The position numbers and the translations under genes are program-made. From Mobula hypostoma (taxonomy: Eukaryota), in assembly GCF_963921235.1 (NCBI RefSeq), contig NC_086097.1, positions 111,788,001 to 111,852,000 on the forward strand: a stretch of 64,000 nucleotides of DNA, written 5' to 3'. The notes beneath the pieces are model-generated. The model ran no database searches. It saw only the letters and a list, made by a program, of their open reading frames with translations, and had not been told where the DNA came from. Below are positions 13,305 through 26,688 of this stretch, in pieces (the first letter of the stretch is position 1; the number at the start of each line of letters is the position of its first letter).

Positions 13305-15260
13305 TTACTTGTATAGACTCAGTCTGTCTCCTAAGTAAATATAGATGCAAAAAATGCATTTAAGATCTTTTGGCTCCACGCATGGATTACCATTCTGATC
13401 TTCCAGAGGATAAATTTTGTCTTGCAGTCCTTTTGCTCTTAACGTGTATCTGTAGAATCCCTTGGGATTCTCCACCACCTTGCCTACTAAGGCAACCCTA
13501 ATGCATTCTTTTATCCCCCCTGATTTCTTTCTTGAGTGTTCTCTTGCATTTCTTATACTCCATAAGCACTTCATTTGTTCCTACCTGCCTATACCTGTAA
13601 TGCACCTCCTTTTTCTTTCTTAAGCAGGGCCTCAATATCTCTTGAAAACCACGTAAACACAAAATACTCTGCAGATGCTGGGGTCAAAGCAATGCGCACG
13701 GCTGGAGGAACTCAGCAGGTCGGGCAGCATCAGTAGAAATGAACCTGTTTTTTGGCAATGGTGTACTTAGTAAGTAGGAGGCCTTCAAAATTGAGTACAA
13801 AGCTTGTATTTGCCTGTCAGAATAAAGGGTAAAGATAACAAGTGTAGGGAACCTTGGTTTTCAAGACAACACTCACAACATGCTGGAGGAACTCAGCAGG
13901 TCGGGCAGCATCAGTGGAAACAAACAGTCAATGTTTCCGGCTGAGACCCTTCGTCAGGACTGAAGAGGGAGGGGGCAGGGGCCCTGGAAAGGGCACTTAC
14001 CAGCCTTCTCCTTCCCACCCTCCCCCCACCCGCTCTATAGGGCCCCTGCCCCCTCCCACTTCAGTCCTGACGAAGGGTCTCAGCCGGAAACATTGACTGT
14101 TTGTTTCCACTGATGCTGCCCGACCTGCTGAGTTCCTCCAGCATGTTGTGAGTGTTGTCTTGAAAACCAAGGTTCCCTACACTTGTTATCTTTACCCTTT
14201 ATTCTGACAGGCAAATACAAGCTTTGTACTCAATTTTGAAGGCCTCCTACTTACTAAGTACACCATTGCCAAAAAACAGCCTGTCCCATTCCACGCTGGC
14301 CAGATCCTTTATGATACCGTCAAAATTGGCCTTTCTCCAATTTAGAATGAAAACCTGTGGACCAGCCCTATATTTTTGTATATTTACTTTGCAACTAATG
14401 CATTATGATCACTAGATGCAAAGTGTTCACCCACCCAAACTTCTGTCACCTGCCCTGTTTCATTCCCTAATAGCAGATCAAGTATCGCACTCTCTCTTGT
14501 TGGGACTTCTACATACTGATTAAGGAAACTTTTCTGAACACATTTGACAAGCTCAATCCCATTTAGTCCTTTCAGAGTATGGGGGTTCCAGTCAATATGT
14601 GGGAAGTTTAAAATCACCTACTATAGCAACTTTGTGTTCCTCGCAACAGTGTGTGATCTCTTTACATATTTGTTCCTCTAAATCGCTTGCACTATTGGTG
14701 GTCTGTAATGTAACCCCATTAATGTGGTCATACCTTTCTTCTTTCTCAATGCCACCCATAATGCCTTACTAGATGAGCTCCCCGTCTGGCCTGACTGAGC
14801 ACTGCCATAACACCAGGTTTCTTCCTTTAATCCCTTCCATTCTCTTGCATCTAAAACAATGGGATCCTGGAATATTGAGCTGCCAGTCCTGCCCCTCCTG
14901 CAACTAAGCCTCACTAATTGGTACAATATCATAATTTCAGGTGTTGATCCATGTCCTGAGCTCATCTACCTTTCCTATGATATTTCTTGCATTGAAATAT
15001 ACACAGCACAGGACATTAGTCGCACCATACCTCAACCTTTTGATTCCTGACTTTATCTGAGGTCCTAGGAACATCCGTCTCCACAACCTCTCTACTATCT
15101 GTTCTGGCACTCTGGTTCCCATCCCCTGCAACTCTAGTTTAAACCCCACTGTGCAGCACTAGCAAACCTTCCTGTTAGGATATTAGTCCACTTCCAGTTC
15201 AGGTGCAAATTGTCTCTTCTGTACAGGTTCCACCTTCCCTGTGGAAGAGAGCCCAATGAT
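13305..15260 (-). mobile_element. Decayed CR1 LINE interrupted by a Penelope-like palindrome
   Basis: ENPKGFYRY, NFPHIDW, SAILDLLLGNE, SSDHN and YFNARNI endonuclease motifs in several broken ORFs; continues at 16480-16760. Confidence 0.85.
13652..14157. mobile_element. Penelope-like insertion with inverted ends and an inverted copy of flanking DNA
   Basis: 12-bp TSD tcttgaaaacca (13640-13651, 14158-14169); inverted arms 13745-13985 and 14039-14279. Confidence 0.85.
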
Positions 15261-16481
15261 CTCTCTGGCCCTACATTCCTCCTTAGAACAGCTGGAGAAT
15301 AAAGATGCATACGTAAGGCTCCTTTTCATTGACTACAGCTCTGCCTTTAATACCATCATTCCAAATGATTCCTAAGCTCCGGAACCTGGGCCTTAGCACT
15401 CAGATCTGCAGCTGGATCTTCAACTTCCTCACAGACAGGACCCAGGCTGTAAAAATAGGGGACAAGCTCTCCTCTGCAATCACTCTGAGCACCGGTGCCC
15501 CATAAGGCTGTGTACTCAGCCCCTTGCTGTACTCACTGTACATTCATGATTGTGTAGCCAAGTTTCCATCAAACTCAGTATATAAGTTTGCTGATGACAC
15601 AACAATTGTAAGCCGTATCTCAGGTAATGATGAGTTTGAATACAGAGAGGAAGTTAAGAACCTGGTGGCATGGTGTGAAGACAATAACCTATCCCTCAAC
15701 GTCAGCAAGACGAAGGAATTGGTTGTTGACTTCAGAAGGAGTAGCGGACCGCATGACCCAATTTACGTCGGTGGTGCGCAAGTGGAACAGGTCAAAAGCT
15801 TTAAGTTCCTCGGGGTCAGTATCACAAATGACCTGACTTGGTCCAACCAAGTAGATTTCACTGCCAAGAAGGCCCACCAGCACCTTTACTTCCTGAGAAA
15901 ACTAAAGAAATTTGGCCTGTCCCCTAAAACCCTCACTAATTTTTATAGATGCACCGTACAAAGCATTCTTCTAGGGTGCATCACAACCTGGTATGGAAGT
16001 TGTCCTGTCCAAGACCGAAAGAAGCTGCAGAAGATCGTGAACACGGTGCAGCACATCACACAAACCAATCTTCCGTCCTTGGACTCACTTTACACAGCAC
16101 GCTGTCGGAGCGGTGCTGCCAGGATAATCAAGGACACAACCCACCCAGCCAACACACTTTTCATCTCTCTTCCCTCCGGGAGAAGGCTCAGGAGCTTGAA
16201 GACTCGTACAGCCAGATTTGGGAACAGCGTCTTTCCAACTGTGATAAGACTGCTGAACGGATCCTGACCCGAATCTGGGCCGTACCCTCCAAATATCCAG
16301 ACCTGCCTCTTGGTTTTTTTGCACTACCTTACTTTCCATTTTTCTATTTTCTATTTATGATTTATAATTTAAATTTTTAATATTTATTATCGATTTGTAA
16401 ATCAGGGAGCCGGGAGCGCAGAATCAAATATCGTTGTGATGATTGTATGTTCTAGATTGGTGACAATAAAGTATAAAGTAT
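15261..16481 (+). mobile_element. 5'-truncated Rex1/Babar LINE (RT)
   Basis: ORF 15524-16267: YSLYIHDC, KFADDTTIV, LNVSKTKELVVDFR, FYRCT, LPSGRR; tail aataaagtataaagtat. Confidence 0.9.
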
Positions 16482-17069
16482 CTAAAAATCTTGTGCTCTC
16501 ACACCTAAACCAACTCCTTAGCCATAACTGTATAATTTTCCTATTTCTGGCCTCACTGGCATGTGGCATGGGTAGCCATCCTGAGATCAGATCCCTGGAT
16601 GTTCTAACCTTTTGCTTAGCACCTAACTCCCTGAACTCTCTTTGCGGAACCTTGTCACTCATCCTACCCATGCCATTACATGAACCATGACCTCTGACTG
16701 CTCACCCTCCCACTTAAGAATGCTGAGGACTCAATCCAAGATATCCCAGTCCCTGGCCTAACATTGGTGAGCTATGTGGTATGTATTGGCATACTCAACT
16801 GCCAAAGACATTGACAGCATTTGCAAACTCAGATGATACTCTTAAGAGCATATTATAGGTGATTTCAATTGGCATATTGTGAGTTGACTGCAGACTACAT
16901 CAGAATGAGATTCATCATGTCAAGTTGTTAGTGACTGTTCGATGTCTTCTGGGTGGTTAGTGATTTAATTGCTGTAGCCCACTTATATAGGCACTGAATC
17001 AGAGGTTACTAGCACATTAATCTCTGTGCTTGTTGCCTCCATCCTCATCTCCTGATACCCCCTTAGCTC

Positions 17070-20000
17070 AATAGCAGTGGCTAGTGTACATCCACTTACT
17101 CTTTCCTATAACTTTTACTGCTGAATTAGTAATTAACAGCACCTGGTAGAGTCCATCCCACTGAGCAGCTGATGGCTTTTTGTGGTTTCTTGATCAGGAC
17201 CCTCTCAACAGGAATTAAAGTATATCCTCCTGCTGCATTGCTCTAGAGGGCAGAAACCTGTTGTGAAGCAGACAAACAGCTTGGGTTAGTTTTATACAAT
17301 AATCAACTAAGCTGTCTGTCATTATGTGTATATCAGGTTCTCTGAGATCAATAGCTCCAGCTAATAACATGCATATGTCATTCTGACATCACCTTAAATG
17401 GGCTTAATCTAGTCTTTTTGTTTGGAGTTGCTGTGCTGCATAAGATCATGGGGAGGCCATAGGCCATGTTGCATCCTCCTTGTGATGATGATTGTTTGGT
17501 AGTACCATCTATTTGTTTCACCTTTCCTGATGATGTGGACAGTGGAAGGATCATTCAGTGTATATTAGTCAGCATACCTTGTGACATACACTTCCGTGAA
17601 ATGTGTCCTTTAATCAGAGTCAATGTGACACATCAACCTCCATCCTGGAAGGTAGTCCTAGATCAGAGATTTTCTGTACATGTAGTAGTGGCTTTCCTTG
17701 CCAGAACAACCCCCACCCACCTTAAGACCTTGTCCACTATAACCAGTATATTTGAGTATCCTTGGCAATTCAGTAAGATGATGTAATTCACTTGTAAGTG
17801 CAAAAAAATGCCCAACTGGGACTGGAGCACTCAATTGTAGCATTCCGCTGCTCGCAGGTTTATTTTCTGGCTTGCCACGCACATCATTACATTGAGTTTG
17901 TGACATAACTTAGGATTCCACCACAACTAGGAAAATCTACCAGCCATCTTTTCCACTATAATGTGTATCTGGGAAGTAATGTGCTTGGGGCCACCAGTCT
18001 TTGACAAATACTGTATCTCCATGCTCTGTTAATGTTTAAGTTCCCACTGCTCTCCACTCAGAACCACTTCTTTGTTAGAGGATCAGGCTTCCATTTCTTG
18101 AATATCCTGTACATCCATTTGGAATTGTTCAAATTTGCTCTCACAATTTTAGTTGTTGGATTCACTATTCTCCCCATGCATCCTCCCCACCCCCTCCTGT
18201 GCTACCTTGTCTGATTTCCATGGCTTTAAATTTGAAATGACATTTATATTTCATTACAGCCACTTCTGGCAGTAATTGTATAACGCCCATTAATTCTTGT
18301 ACCAACTGGTCATTCTTGATTCAGGTTTCTGCAGCCTTAAGAAATCCCCTTTGCTCCATGAATTGTTAAAATCATGAACAACACCAAAAGCATATCAGGA
18401 GTCTGCATTGATGTTAGCTGATTTTTTTTTTTTTCCTTTGCCATTTTACAGGTTTCCATCAGGACTTATAGTTCTGTCTGTTGTGCAAAAGCACCAGGAG
18501 CCATACTTACTGATGTCAGCACGTCAGTTTCTGAGGCAATAGCCTTTCCAGCCATTCTAACTACGCCTTCAGGCATTGAGAAGTTGTCTTTGAATTTGAT
18601 CTGGTTTTGGCAGGGGCATTTCTTTGCATCTTCATAACATATTATCTTTGCACATTTATGGACTTCTTGTGTCCAATGGCAACACTGTAGCTGTACTCAC
18701 GAGATTTGCTTTTTCGATGTCGATATTAGGTGCCTCAAGAACGATGGACCATTGGGCAACCATTACTTGGTTCTATTCATTGTCAGTAAAGTAGACTCAG
18801 GGCATCGGGCGTTGGACATACACGCCTTGATCTAGCATAACACTGTAAACAGCCACGACTGGCAGATAAGTTAATTGCCTTGGTTGCAAATGTGAACACT
18901 GTCATTGTGCTACATTGTCCATCGGGCAGAATAATAGCCAAGGGGAAGCTGTTGGTTTCCTTGTTCCTAAGTGAAGACTGCTGTCATGTAGCCATGTTTC
19001 TCATTGACATGGAGGGTGACTGGTTTGCCTGATCCTTCTGTTGTCTTCGGAGTTTAAACAGTTCCAGTTCTCAGTAAGAGTCACGGGACTTGCTGTCCTT
19101 TAACAGACTAAGTAGTTGAGCATTTTCAATACAGTATATATAGTTGTAGTTGCACAAATCGGAAAAGTTGAAGTTGCTGGACTGGTGCGGATGGTTTTGA
19201 TAGCCTTCGTATGATCCTTGGTGATTCCCCACTTACTTGGGGCAATTCTTTGTCTCAAGTAAATCCCTTATTCTTGCTGCAATTGTGTCTTGTCCAAGCT
19301 TGCTATGTGGCCTTTGAAGGATAAATAATCAGGTAAGAAGAGTACCTTGTGTTCATTTTTGTCTACATTGTCACTGCAATAAGGACATTATTCATATATT
19401 GTATGAAAGTTGAATCAGTGGTTGGTAATTTTGTCAGATGTTGTCAGAGGCAGGTGGTAGACATTTGGGCTATTGTGAAATCCTTGTGGCAGCCTCAACC
19501 ACTGGTATTACTATCCATTAACTGTAAAAGGCAACCATGATATTCAGGGTACAGTCCAGAACCCATTGACCATGCCAATAACTGTGAACAACCTGTGTGA
19601 TGGTTTCATTGCATTGAAAATGATTGCTGGATCATCCATTGGAGTGGCTAACTTGTCAGTACATTGATTGGCAGCCCTGTAATCCACTATCAGTCTCCAT
19701 GTGTCATTTGCAATCTTAACAGGCCGAAACAGATTGTTTGACTTTGAGTTTTGACAAGAATCCTTTATTTCTCCAGCTAGTTGACAACAGGTACAGTACC
19801 TTCTATAATATTTTGCTAAGAGGATGCTGTTTGGCACATGGTGTCACCTTTCCAATAAACTTGACTGGATCCATTTCCAGCAGGCCCCAGTCATTTTTCT
19901 GTTTTGATCAATTGGATGAGTTGTTAGTACAGCTTTGACCAACCACATGAGGTTCCAGACAACTTTACCTTTCATTAACTCAAGACATCCGTCCATTCCA

Positions 20001-20260
20001 AGGAAAGGTTGAAAGATGTCTCCCACTCAGGATAGTATTATTCATAGATGAAGACCAAGCTGCACTTCAACTGGTCTGGTTTTGGTTAGAGTAATTTTCT
20101 GTCATCCAGCACCATGTGCACATCTGCAAATATTGGGTGGTGGTACTTTGCATTTTGTGCACTAGTTTTGTTTATGCACATTAGCTCAGCTCTGGTATCT
20201 ATTAAGAATTAAACATGTTCATTCTTGTTCGGGAGTGTAACATATAGATGGTCCTTTTTT
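17070..20260 (-). mobile_element. Decayed endogenous retrovirus pro-pol (PR-RT-tether-RNase H-IN); no LTRs seen
   Basis: Manual minus-strand translation across stops and frameshifts: FLIDTRAELMCI (PR); WRLIVDYRAAN, NGFWTVP, WLRLPQGFHNSP, IQYMNNVLIA (RT); KPVTLHVNEKHGYMTAVFT*EQG..PLGYYS (tether); AQQTEL, NADS*YAFGVVHDF (RNase H); ILVIVDKVLRWV, TPNKKTRLSPF, WDGLYQVLLITNSAVKV (IN). Confidence 0.85.
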
Positions 20261-21340
20261 TTGCTCTATCAAATCAAACAACAGCTGCAAGGAAGTAGAT
20301 AATTGTTTCTTGACTTTGGGACTGTGTCAATCAAGTCAAAAAAATTCTTTGAGTTGCTGTCATGTTCCTGTCAATGTGAACTGGTCTCGCCATTCTCCTC
20401 TAATCCCTCTCATTAACAAGGCGTTTTCACTCTTAAAACTGTGGCTCACTAGATTTTTCTTTTTGTGCCATCCTTTGTAAACTCTAGAGACTATGTGAAA
20501 ATTGTAGATCAGCAGTTTCTGAGATATTCAGACAAACCATATCTGGTACCAACAATCATTCTACAGTCAAAATCACTTGAAGATATTCCTTCCCCATTCT
20601 GATTTCTGGCTTCTTAATCATATCTGCATGCTTTCATGTATTGAGTTGTTGCCACATGAATGGATGATTAGATATTTGCATTAACAAACAAGTGCAGAAA
20701 TAAACCTAATAAAGCGTCCACTAGGTATATATTATTGTAATTTATAGTTTATTTTTTTCGTAAGTACTGTGCAAAATTCAGGCATGTAAAAGAAAATTCT
20801 GTAAAGTGAAGATACTTTTAAAAATAATACAATTTCTAAATTCAAAAATTACTATAAAAACACTAAAAAAAAAATCAAATTGGTGTTTGAAGTGCCCATC
20901 GTTTGCTTTTAACCCTGCATCAGTTATCTTAGGTACACTGTCACGCAGTTTTATAAGAAAATCAGCTGGTAGGTTGTTCCAAGCACCTTGGGGAACTTGC
21001 CACAGTTCTTTTGCAGACTTTGCTGTCTTGCTTGCTTCTGTCTCTCCAGGTAATCCTAGACAGCCTCATTGATGTTGAGATCAGGACTCTGTGGAGGCCA
21101 CACCATCTGTTGCAGAACCCCATGTTCTTTTTTTCCACTGAAGATGGTTCTTTCTGATTTTGACTGTGTGTTTCTGATCCTTGTCCTGCTGCAGAATTAA
21201 GTTGGGACTGATCAGATGTCTCCCTGATAGTACTGTGTGATAGATGAGAATCTGCTTCTATTTCTCAGCATTGAGGATTCCATTAATTATGACCAAATCA
21301 CCAACTCCATTTACAGAACTCCAGCTCCAAACCTGTAGGG

Positions 21341-21558
21341 CAGGGGTCCCCAACCTTTTTTGCACCGCGGACCGGTTTAATATTGACAATATTCTTTCAT
21401 GCTGGCCGATGGGGGGGGGGGGGGGTTCAAGTTCAACAGTGTGTGACAGGGAATGAGGAAAGGTGCAGCTGGCTCATATCATTTCATATTGCCAAATCAT
21501 ATCGTTTCCTCGTGGCCCGGTAGCACATGCTTTGCGGCCCAGTGGTTGGAGACCACTG
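21341..21558. mobile_element. 218-bp hAT MITE, same family as 9811-10994
   Basis: Same TIRs and subterminal sequence; 8-bp TSD ctgtaggg (21333-21340, 21559-21566). Confidence 0.9.
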
Positions 21559-22207
21559 CTGTAGGGAACCTCTGTCATGCTTCTGTTGACCACAGACACA
21601 TTGTCGTAGCGTTGTCCAGCGCTTTTCTATGGATAAACTGCCTCCTGTTTGAGCCAAAATTTTCAAATTTTGACTTGTCAGTCCAGAGCACGTGCTGCCA
21701 TTGGTCAGTTCCCCATTTGTTGTGTTTTTGTGCTAGGTGAGTCTCTTGGCTTTGCTTCCACTTCAGAGGAGTGGCTTTTTGACATCAACTCATCCATGAA
21801 GAATACTTCTGACAAGATTCTCTAGACTGTATAGGGGTGTTGTAGGTTCCAGTGATTTTTGTGAAATCAGAGTGCAGAGCTGACAGCTGGGCTCCTTCTG
21901 ATTTCAAAAGGATGTCAGTTTGATGTACCTCCCGTCTGCTGCACTCTGTTTCTGTGGCATTTCTGGTCTTTAGCTTTGCCCATTTATTTGTGCTTCTTCA
22001 GAAGAGCTTGAACAGCATATCTTGAAACCCTTGTCTGCTGTGAAATTTCTGCTTGGGAGAGATCTTGCTGATGCAGGATCACCACCTTGTTTTGTTGCTG
22101 TGCTCACTCTTGCCATGGTGTAAGAATTGATAATTTGAAGATTAAATTGTCACATCTGCCACATCCTCACCTTTTAGTTTGTTTGTCTTTCACCCAGTTT
22201 GATTCCT

Positions 22208-23682
22208 CCTCCTCCTGACTTTTTATGGTGGTTGGTAGTCTAATTTAAAGGTGCATTACCGCCACCAACTAGACTGGAGTGTGGTGTAGAAAATTGGGGG
22301 AAAACCCTAATTACTCTTTCAAATGAAAGCTAAATTACCCTGAAAAATGAAAATCCCTATAGATTGTGGGTTAATCTAATCTAATCTAATCTAAAGAAAG
22401 ACTGTACTATGAATTAGAGTCCTCCCATAACTTGGTTTTTAAATGAAAACTATCACCCCACCCCCAAAGATTGTAATGAAGCTTGCATATTTCTTTCAAC
22501 CTTATATGCCTCACACTGTAATAGTATATGTTCAACTCTTTCATAATGATGGCAAAACCTACACAAATCAGAATGATGTTTCCAACAAGATATAAAGAAT
22601 AACTAGGCAAAGTATGCCCAATTCTAAGTCGTGTCAAAATAATTCCTTCCCTTTTTGTTTTACCCCCTTCTCCCATCAACCCAACAGTTTTATGTCCTCC
22701 CCTTATGCCTATTATCCCACCAGTCTTACCATAACCAATTATTTGTTAACCCTACCAACCCCTTAGCTTCTAAGTGGAAGGTCTATATTCATTGTTGAAC
22801 TTTTAATAGCTTTCTTAGCTAAACATTCAATCCACTCATTCACTTCAACTCCTCTATGTGTAAGGACTCATGAGAAGCAAACATATAAACCAGTACTTTG
22901 TATATGAAATAATATTTATTGAGTTTCCACCATTAAATCTCACCTACTGCTAGAAAATCTAATCAAAACTGAAAAGGAATCTGAACAAATTACAACTTTA
23001 TATGGACATATTTCCTCCACTCACTGTAAGCCTAAAATGAATGGCAACTAATACTGCTGTATATACTGATAAATGCTCAATAAATTGTTTCTTTATCATT
23101 GTCTATAATTCAGGCACAGAAAGATCCACACCATCATTCCCAGTTAAATTATCTTTTGATCAATCTATACAAATAGTTAACATACCATAATAATTCTCCT
23201 TAATATATTGATGAACCAGCTGACTCTCAGGCAACTTTATTGTTGTGTAAACTAAAACTTAAATTCGTCAGGGGGAAAAAAAACAAGGTTGGGTTACTGA
23301 GAAAGCTATAGTAGGACATATTGCATAATCCAACAATCCTATATTCCCAGCATGATGAGAACCCAGCCACCTAAAGATATAAACGTTCTTCTTGTGATAT
23401 TCCCAACAGTCCTCCAACACACCTTTAATAGAATGATCATTTCTTTGCCCCCTCAGATTAATCCAGTATGTTAACATAAACCTCAACCTCCACGATTATG
23501 AGGGTAATTGTCCCATTTCAACCAGTAAAGCAGAAACGGGATGACCTTATTACACCACAACACTGTCCTAAACTTGTATTTGTATCATATCCAAACACTG
23601 AAAAGTTGAAGATGAAGCTGACCCATAAGCCACTCAACCATAATCAAGAACAGATCTAATTAAAAAAAAATAGAAATAGTCA
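22208..23682 (-). mobile_element. 5'-truncated RNase H-bearing LINE (Nimb/I-like)
   Basis: ILTRLRIGHT motif, ICSDS RNase H remnant, 3' UTR ggtggcggtaatgcacc and (gga)n tail; 10-bp TSD tttgattcct (22198-22207, 23683-23692). Confidence 0.7.
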
Positions 23683-24529
23683 TTTGATTCCTTCTACACC
23701 TGTTTCTGTTTCAGTTAATCAGATTAGTTCATTTAACTCTGTCATTCATCATTAGCACCTATATAGCTGCAAAGTCATCAAGTATTTATTTGTAAAGTGG
23801 TCTATTGCTTAATTTGTTACTTTAATGAAATACAAAAAATTCTCTAACTTTTTTTGGAAAAAATGCTTGAAAATCTAAAATCTGTTCTTTTGTACTGATA
23901 CACTAATGCAGAAGACAAAAAGTAACTATCTAAAATAAAATTTATACATAAAAAGAATCTAGGGTGCCTAACACTTACACAGTTAATAACATACTGGTTG
24001 TGTAACAGAATATGTTTGTACTTGTGGCATGACTATTGTCCATCCTTATTTTGTTGTTCCCTTTTCCTCAGGCATTCTCTGGATCTTGTCCCATACCATT
24101 TTAATCCAGAAGCCAGATTCCATTAATGGTCGGGGTCCATGGCATAAAAAAAAGGTTGGGAATCCCTGCATTAGACTCACATTGGTAATATATTGCATTC
24201 TGATTTCTTCGCTAATCTTACCAAGTTGAAGTAGTTTAGATAGGAACTCGAGCCCTCAGATATCTGTTCATGTACAACAACTGGAGGTTTGGTTCCCCTT
24301 TTACTTAAGTAGATTTCTTTTTTAAATTTGGCTTTAGTGTTAATTCTCCTCCTACTAGACATGGAACAGTTTATTGACTGCTTACTAGTGCTCAGTCGAT
24401 GGTCTCAAGGAGCTCCAGTATGCAGGTAATTAGTAGGAGAACTTTGCACAACCAAAATTCAGGGAGAGAGAGACAGAGAGTAGCTGGATAGATAGGACTG
24501 TAAAAGCTAGGGGCATATTTAGGCACACT

Positions 24530-26130
24530 TAGGCCACTCGGACCATTAAGTCTGCTCCGCCATTCCATTGTGGCTGATTGTTTATCTCTTTCAGCCCCAT
24601 TCTCTTCCCTTCACCTTTGACAACTTAATAACTAATCAAGAGTCTATCAACTTCTGCTTTAAGTATACCCAGTAACGGCCTCCACAGCCATGGCAATGAA
24701 TTCCACAGATTCTCCACCTTCTGGCTAAAGAAATTCCTCCCATCTCTGTTCTAAAGGGATGTTCTTCTATTCTGAGGCTTTGCCCTCTGGTCCTAGACTT
24801 CTACACAATAGGAAACATCATCTCCACATCTGTTCTGTCTAGGCCTATCAATATTTGATAGGTTTCAATAAGGTTGCCCTCTCATTCTTCTAAACCCCAG
24901 TGAGCACAGGCCTAGATTCATCAAATGCTCCTCATACCCTTTGATCCCTGGAATTGTCATAACCTCCTCTGATTCTCTCCTTGTTTTTATGTTCTAGTCC
25001 TCTCAAAATTAATGCTAACATTGCATTTGCCTTCCTTATCACTGACTCAACCTACAAAGTAACCTTTATGGAATCCTGCATAAGGATTTCCAGGTCCCTT
25101 TGTACTTTTGATTTCTGAATTTTCTCCCCATTTAGAAATCACTCTATGCTTTCATTCTTTCTAGCAAAGTGCATGATCATACTCTTCCCCACACTATATC
25201 CCACCTGCTGCTTCTTTGTCCAGTCCCTTAATCAGTCCTTTTACAGTCTCCCTGCTTCCTCAACACCACCTGTCCCTGGATCTATCTTCTATCATCCACA
25301 AACCTGGCCACAGTCATCATTTACATCATTCAAATCATTGACATATAATGAGAAAAGAAGTCCCAATACCAACCCCTGCAGAATACTACTAGTCACTGGC
25401 AGCTAACCAGAAAAGGCCCTTTTATTTCCACACTTCGTCTCCTGCCAGTCAGCCAAACTTCTTTCCTGTAATGCCATGGGCTCTTGTTAAGCAGCCTCAT
25501 GTGCAGCACCCTCTCAAAGGCCTTCGGAAAATCCAAGTGAAAACATCTATTGGTTCTCCTTTGTCTATCCTGCATATTATTTCCTCAAAGAATTCCAACA
25601 GATTTGTCAGGCAAGATTTCCCCTTAAGGAAACCATGCTGACTATAGCCTATTTTATCATGTGCTTCCAAGTACCCTGAAACGTCATCCTTAATAATGGA
25701 CTCCAACATCTTCCCAATCACTGAAATTAGGCTAACTGACCTATAATTTCCTTTTATTTACCTTCCTTCCTTTAGAGTGGAGTGATGTTTTTAATTTTCC
25801 AGTCCTCACGAACCATTCTGGAATATAATAATTATTGAAAGATCACTGTTAGTGCCTCCACAAACTCTTTAGCTACCTTTTTCATAACCCTGGGGTGTAC
25901 ACCATCTGGTCCAGGTGACCTTCAGACCTTTCAGTTTCTCAAGCACCTGTCCTTAGTAATAGCAACTACACATTTCTGCCCCTTGACACTCTTGAATTTC
26001 TGGCATATTGCTATTGTCTTCCACAGTGAAAAGAGATACAAGAGATTTATTAAGTTAATTCACCGTTTCTTTGTCCCCTAAAACTACCTCTCCAGTGTCA
26101 TTTTCCAGTGCTCTGGCATCCACTCTCCCC
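24530..26130 (-). mobile_element. Decayed CR1 LINE (RT and 3' end)
   Basis: QHGFLKGKSCLTNLLEFFE and LDFPKAF motifs. Confidence 0.85.
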
Positions 26131-26688
26131 TTTACTACATACTGCATGTAACCAATCCTTATGCCTGCCATTATAATACTCGCACAGCAATTTGCTGTAA
26201 TTTTGTTGAATCTTTTGCTTGGCACAGTCCAAACACATTAAGGTTAACCCTTTTGTTGCCAGTTACAGCTTAAAAACAAAATGATGGATTTGTTAACAGT
26301 ATCTTCATAATTCCTTAGAATCTGCCTAATCTTATGAGTATTTTGTAAGTGTTTTGTCACTAGTTTAATAACGGATTCCAAGATTTTATCTTCTATTTGT
26401 ATTGGGTTACCTAATTCAAGTTTTCTCTCTCCCTCATATTTAGTGGGTTATATTTACTATATATAACTTATGGGAACTGTTCTCAAATCTATGGAATAAT
26501 GTTCCCCTCCCCGGCAGCTAAGCTTGTTAGCGACCAGAAGCAAACCTCCACTGGCTGGAATAATCCCAAGCAAAAAAGGAGATGGGTATAAATTTTGGAC
26601 ACAAGAGCTCCCGAGACTTTCTTAGTGCTGTCTCTGAGACCTAAAATATTCTAGATCATATATTAGAGACCTTGCCTCTAATCTATGA

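Larger units (their letters stand above)
20762..23985 (-). mobile_element. Decayed Tc1-like transposon carrying two nested insertions
   Basis: Eroded ends agtactgtgcaaaa...aggca / tgcctaacacttacacag; Tc1-type transposase DNA (e.g. aaattttcaaattttgacttgtcagtccagagcac = VLWTDKSKFENF on the minus strand). Confidence 0.65.

Noticed and set aside
15524..16267. 247-aa RT ORF as a domesticated gene
   Set aside because: The upstream frame has a frameshift and a stop, and the element is 5'-truncated; an ordinary Rex1 copy.
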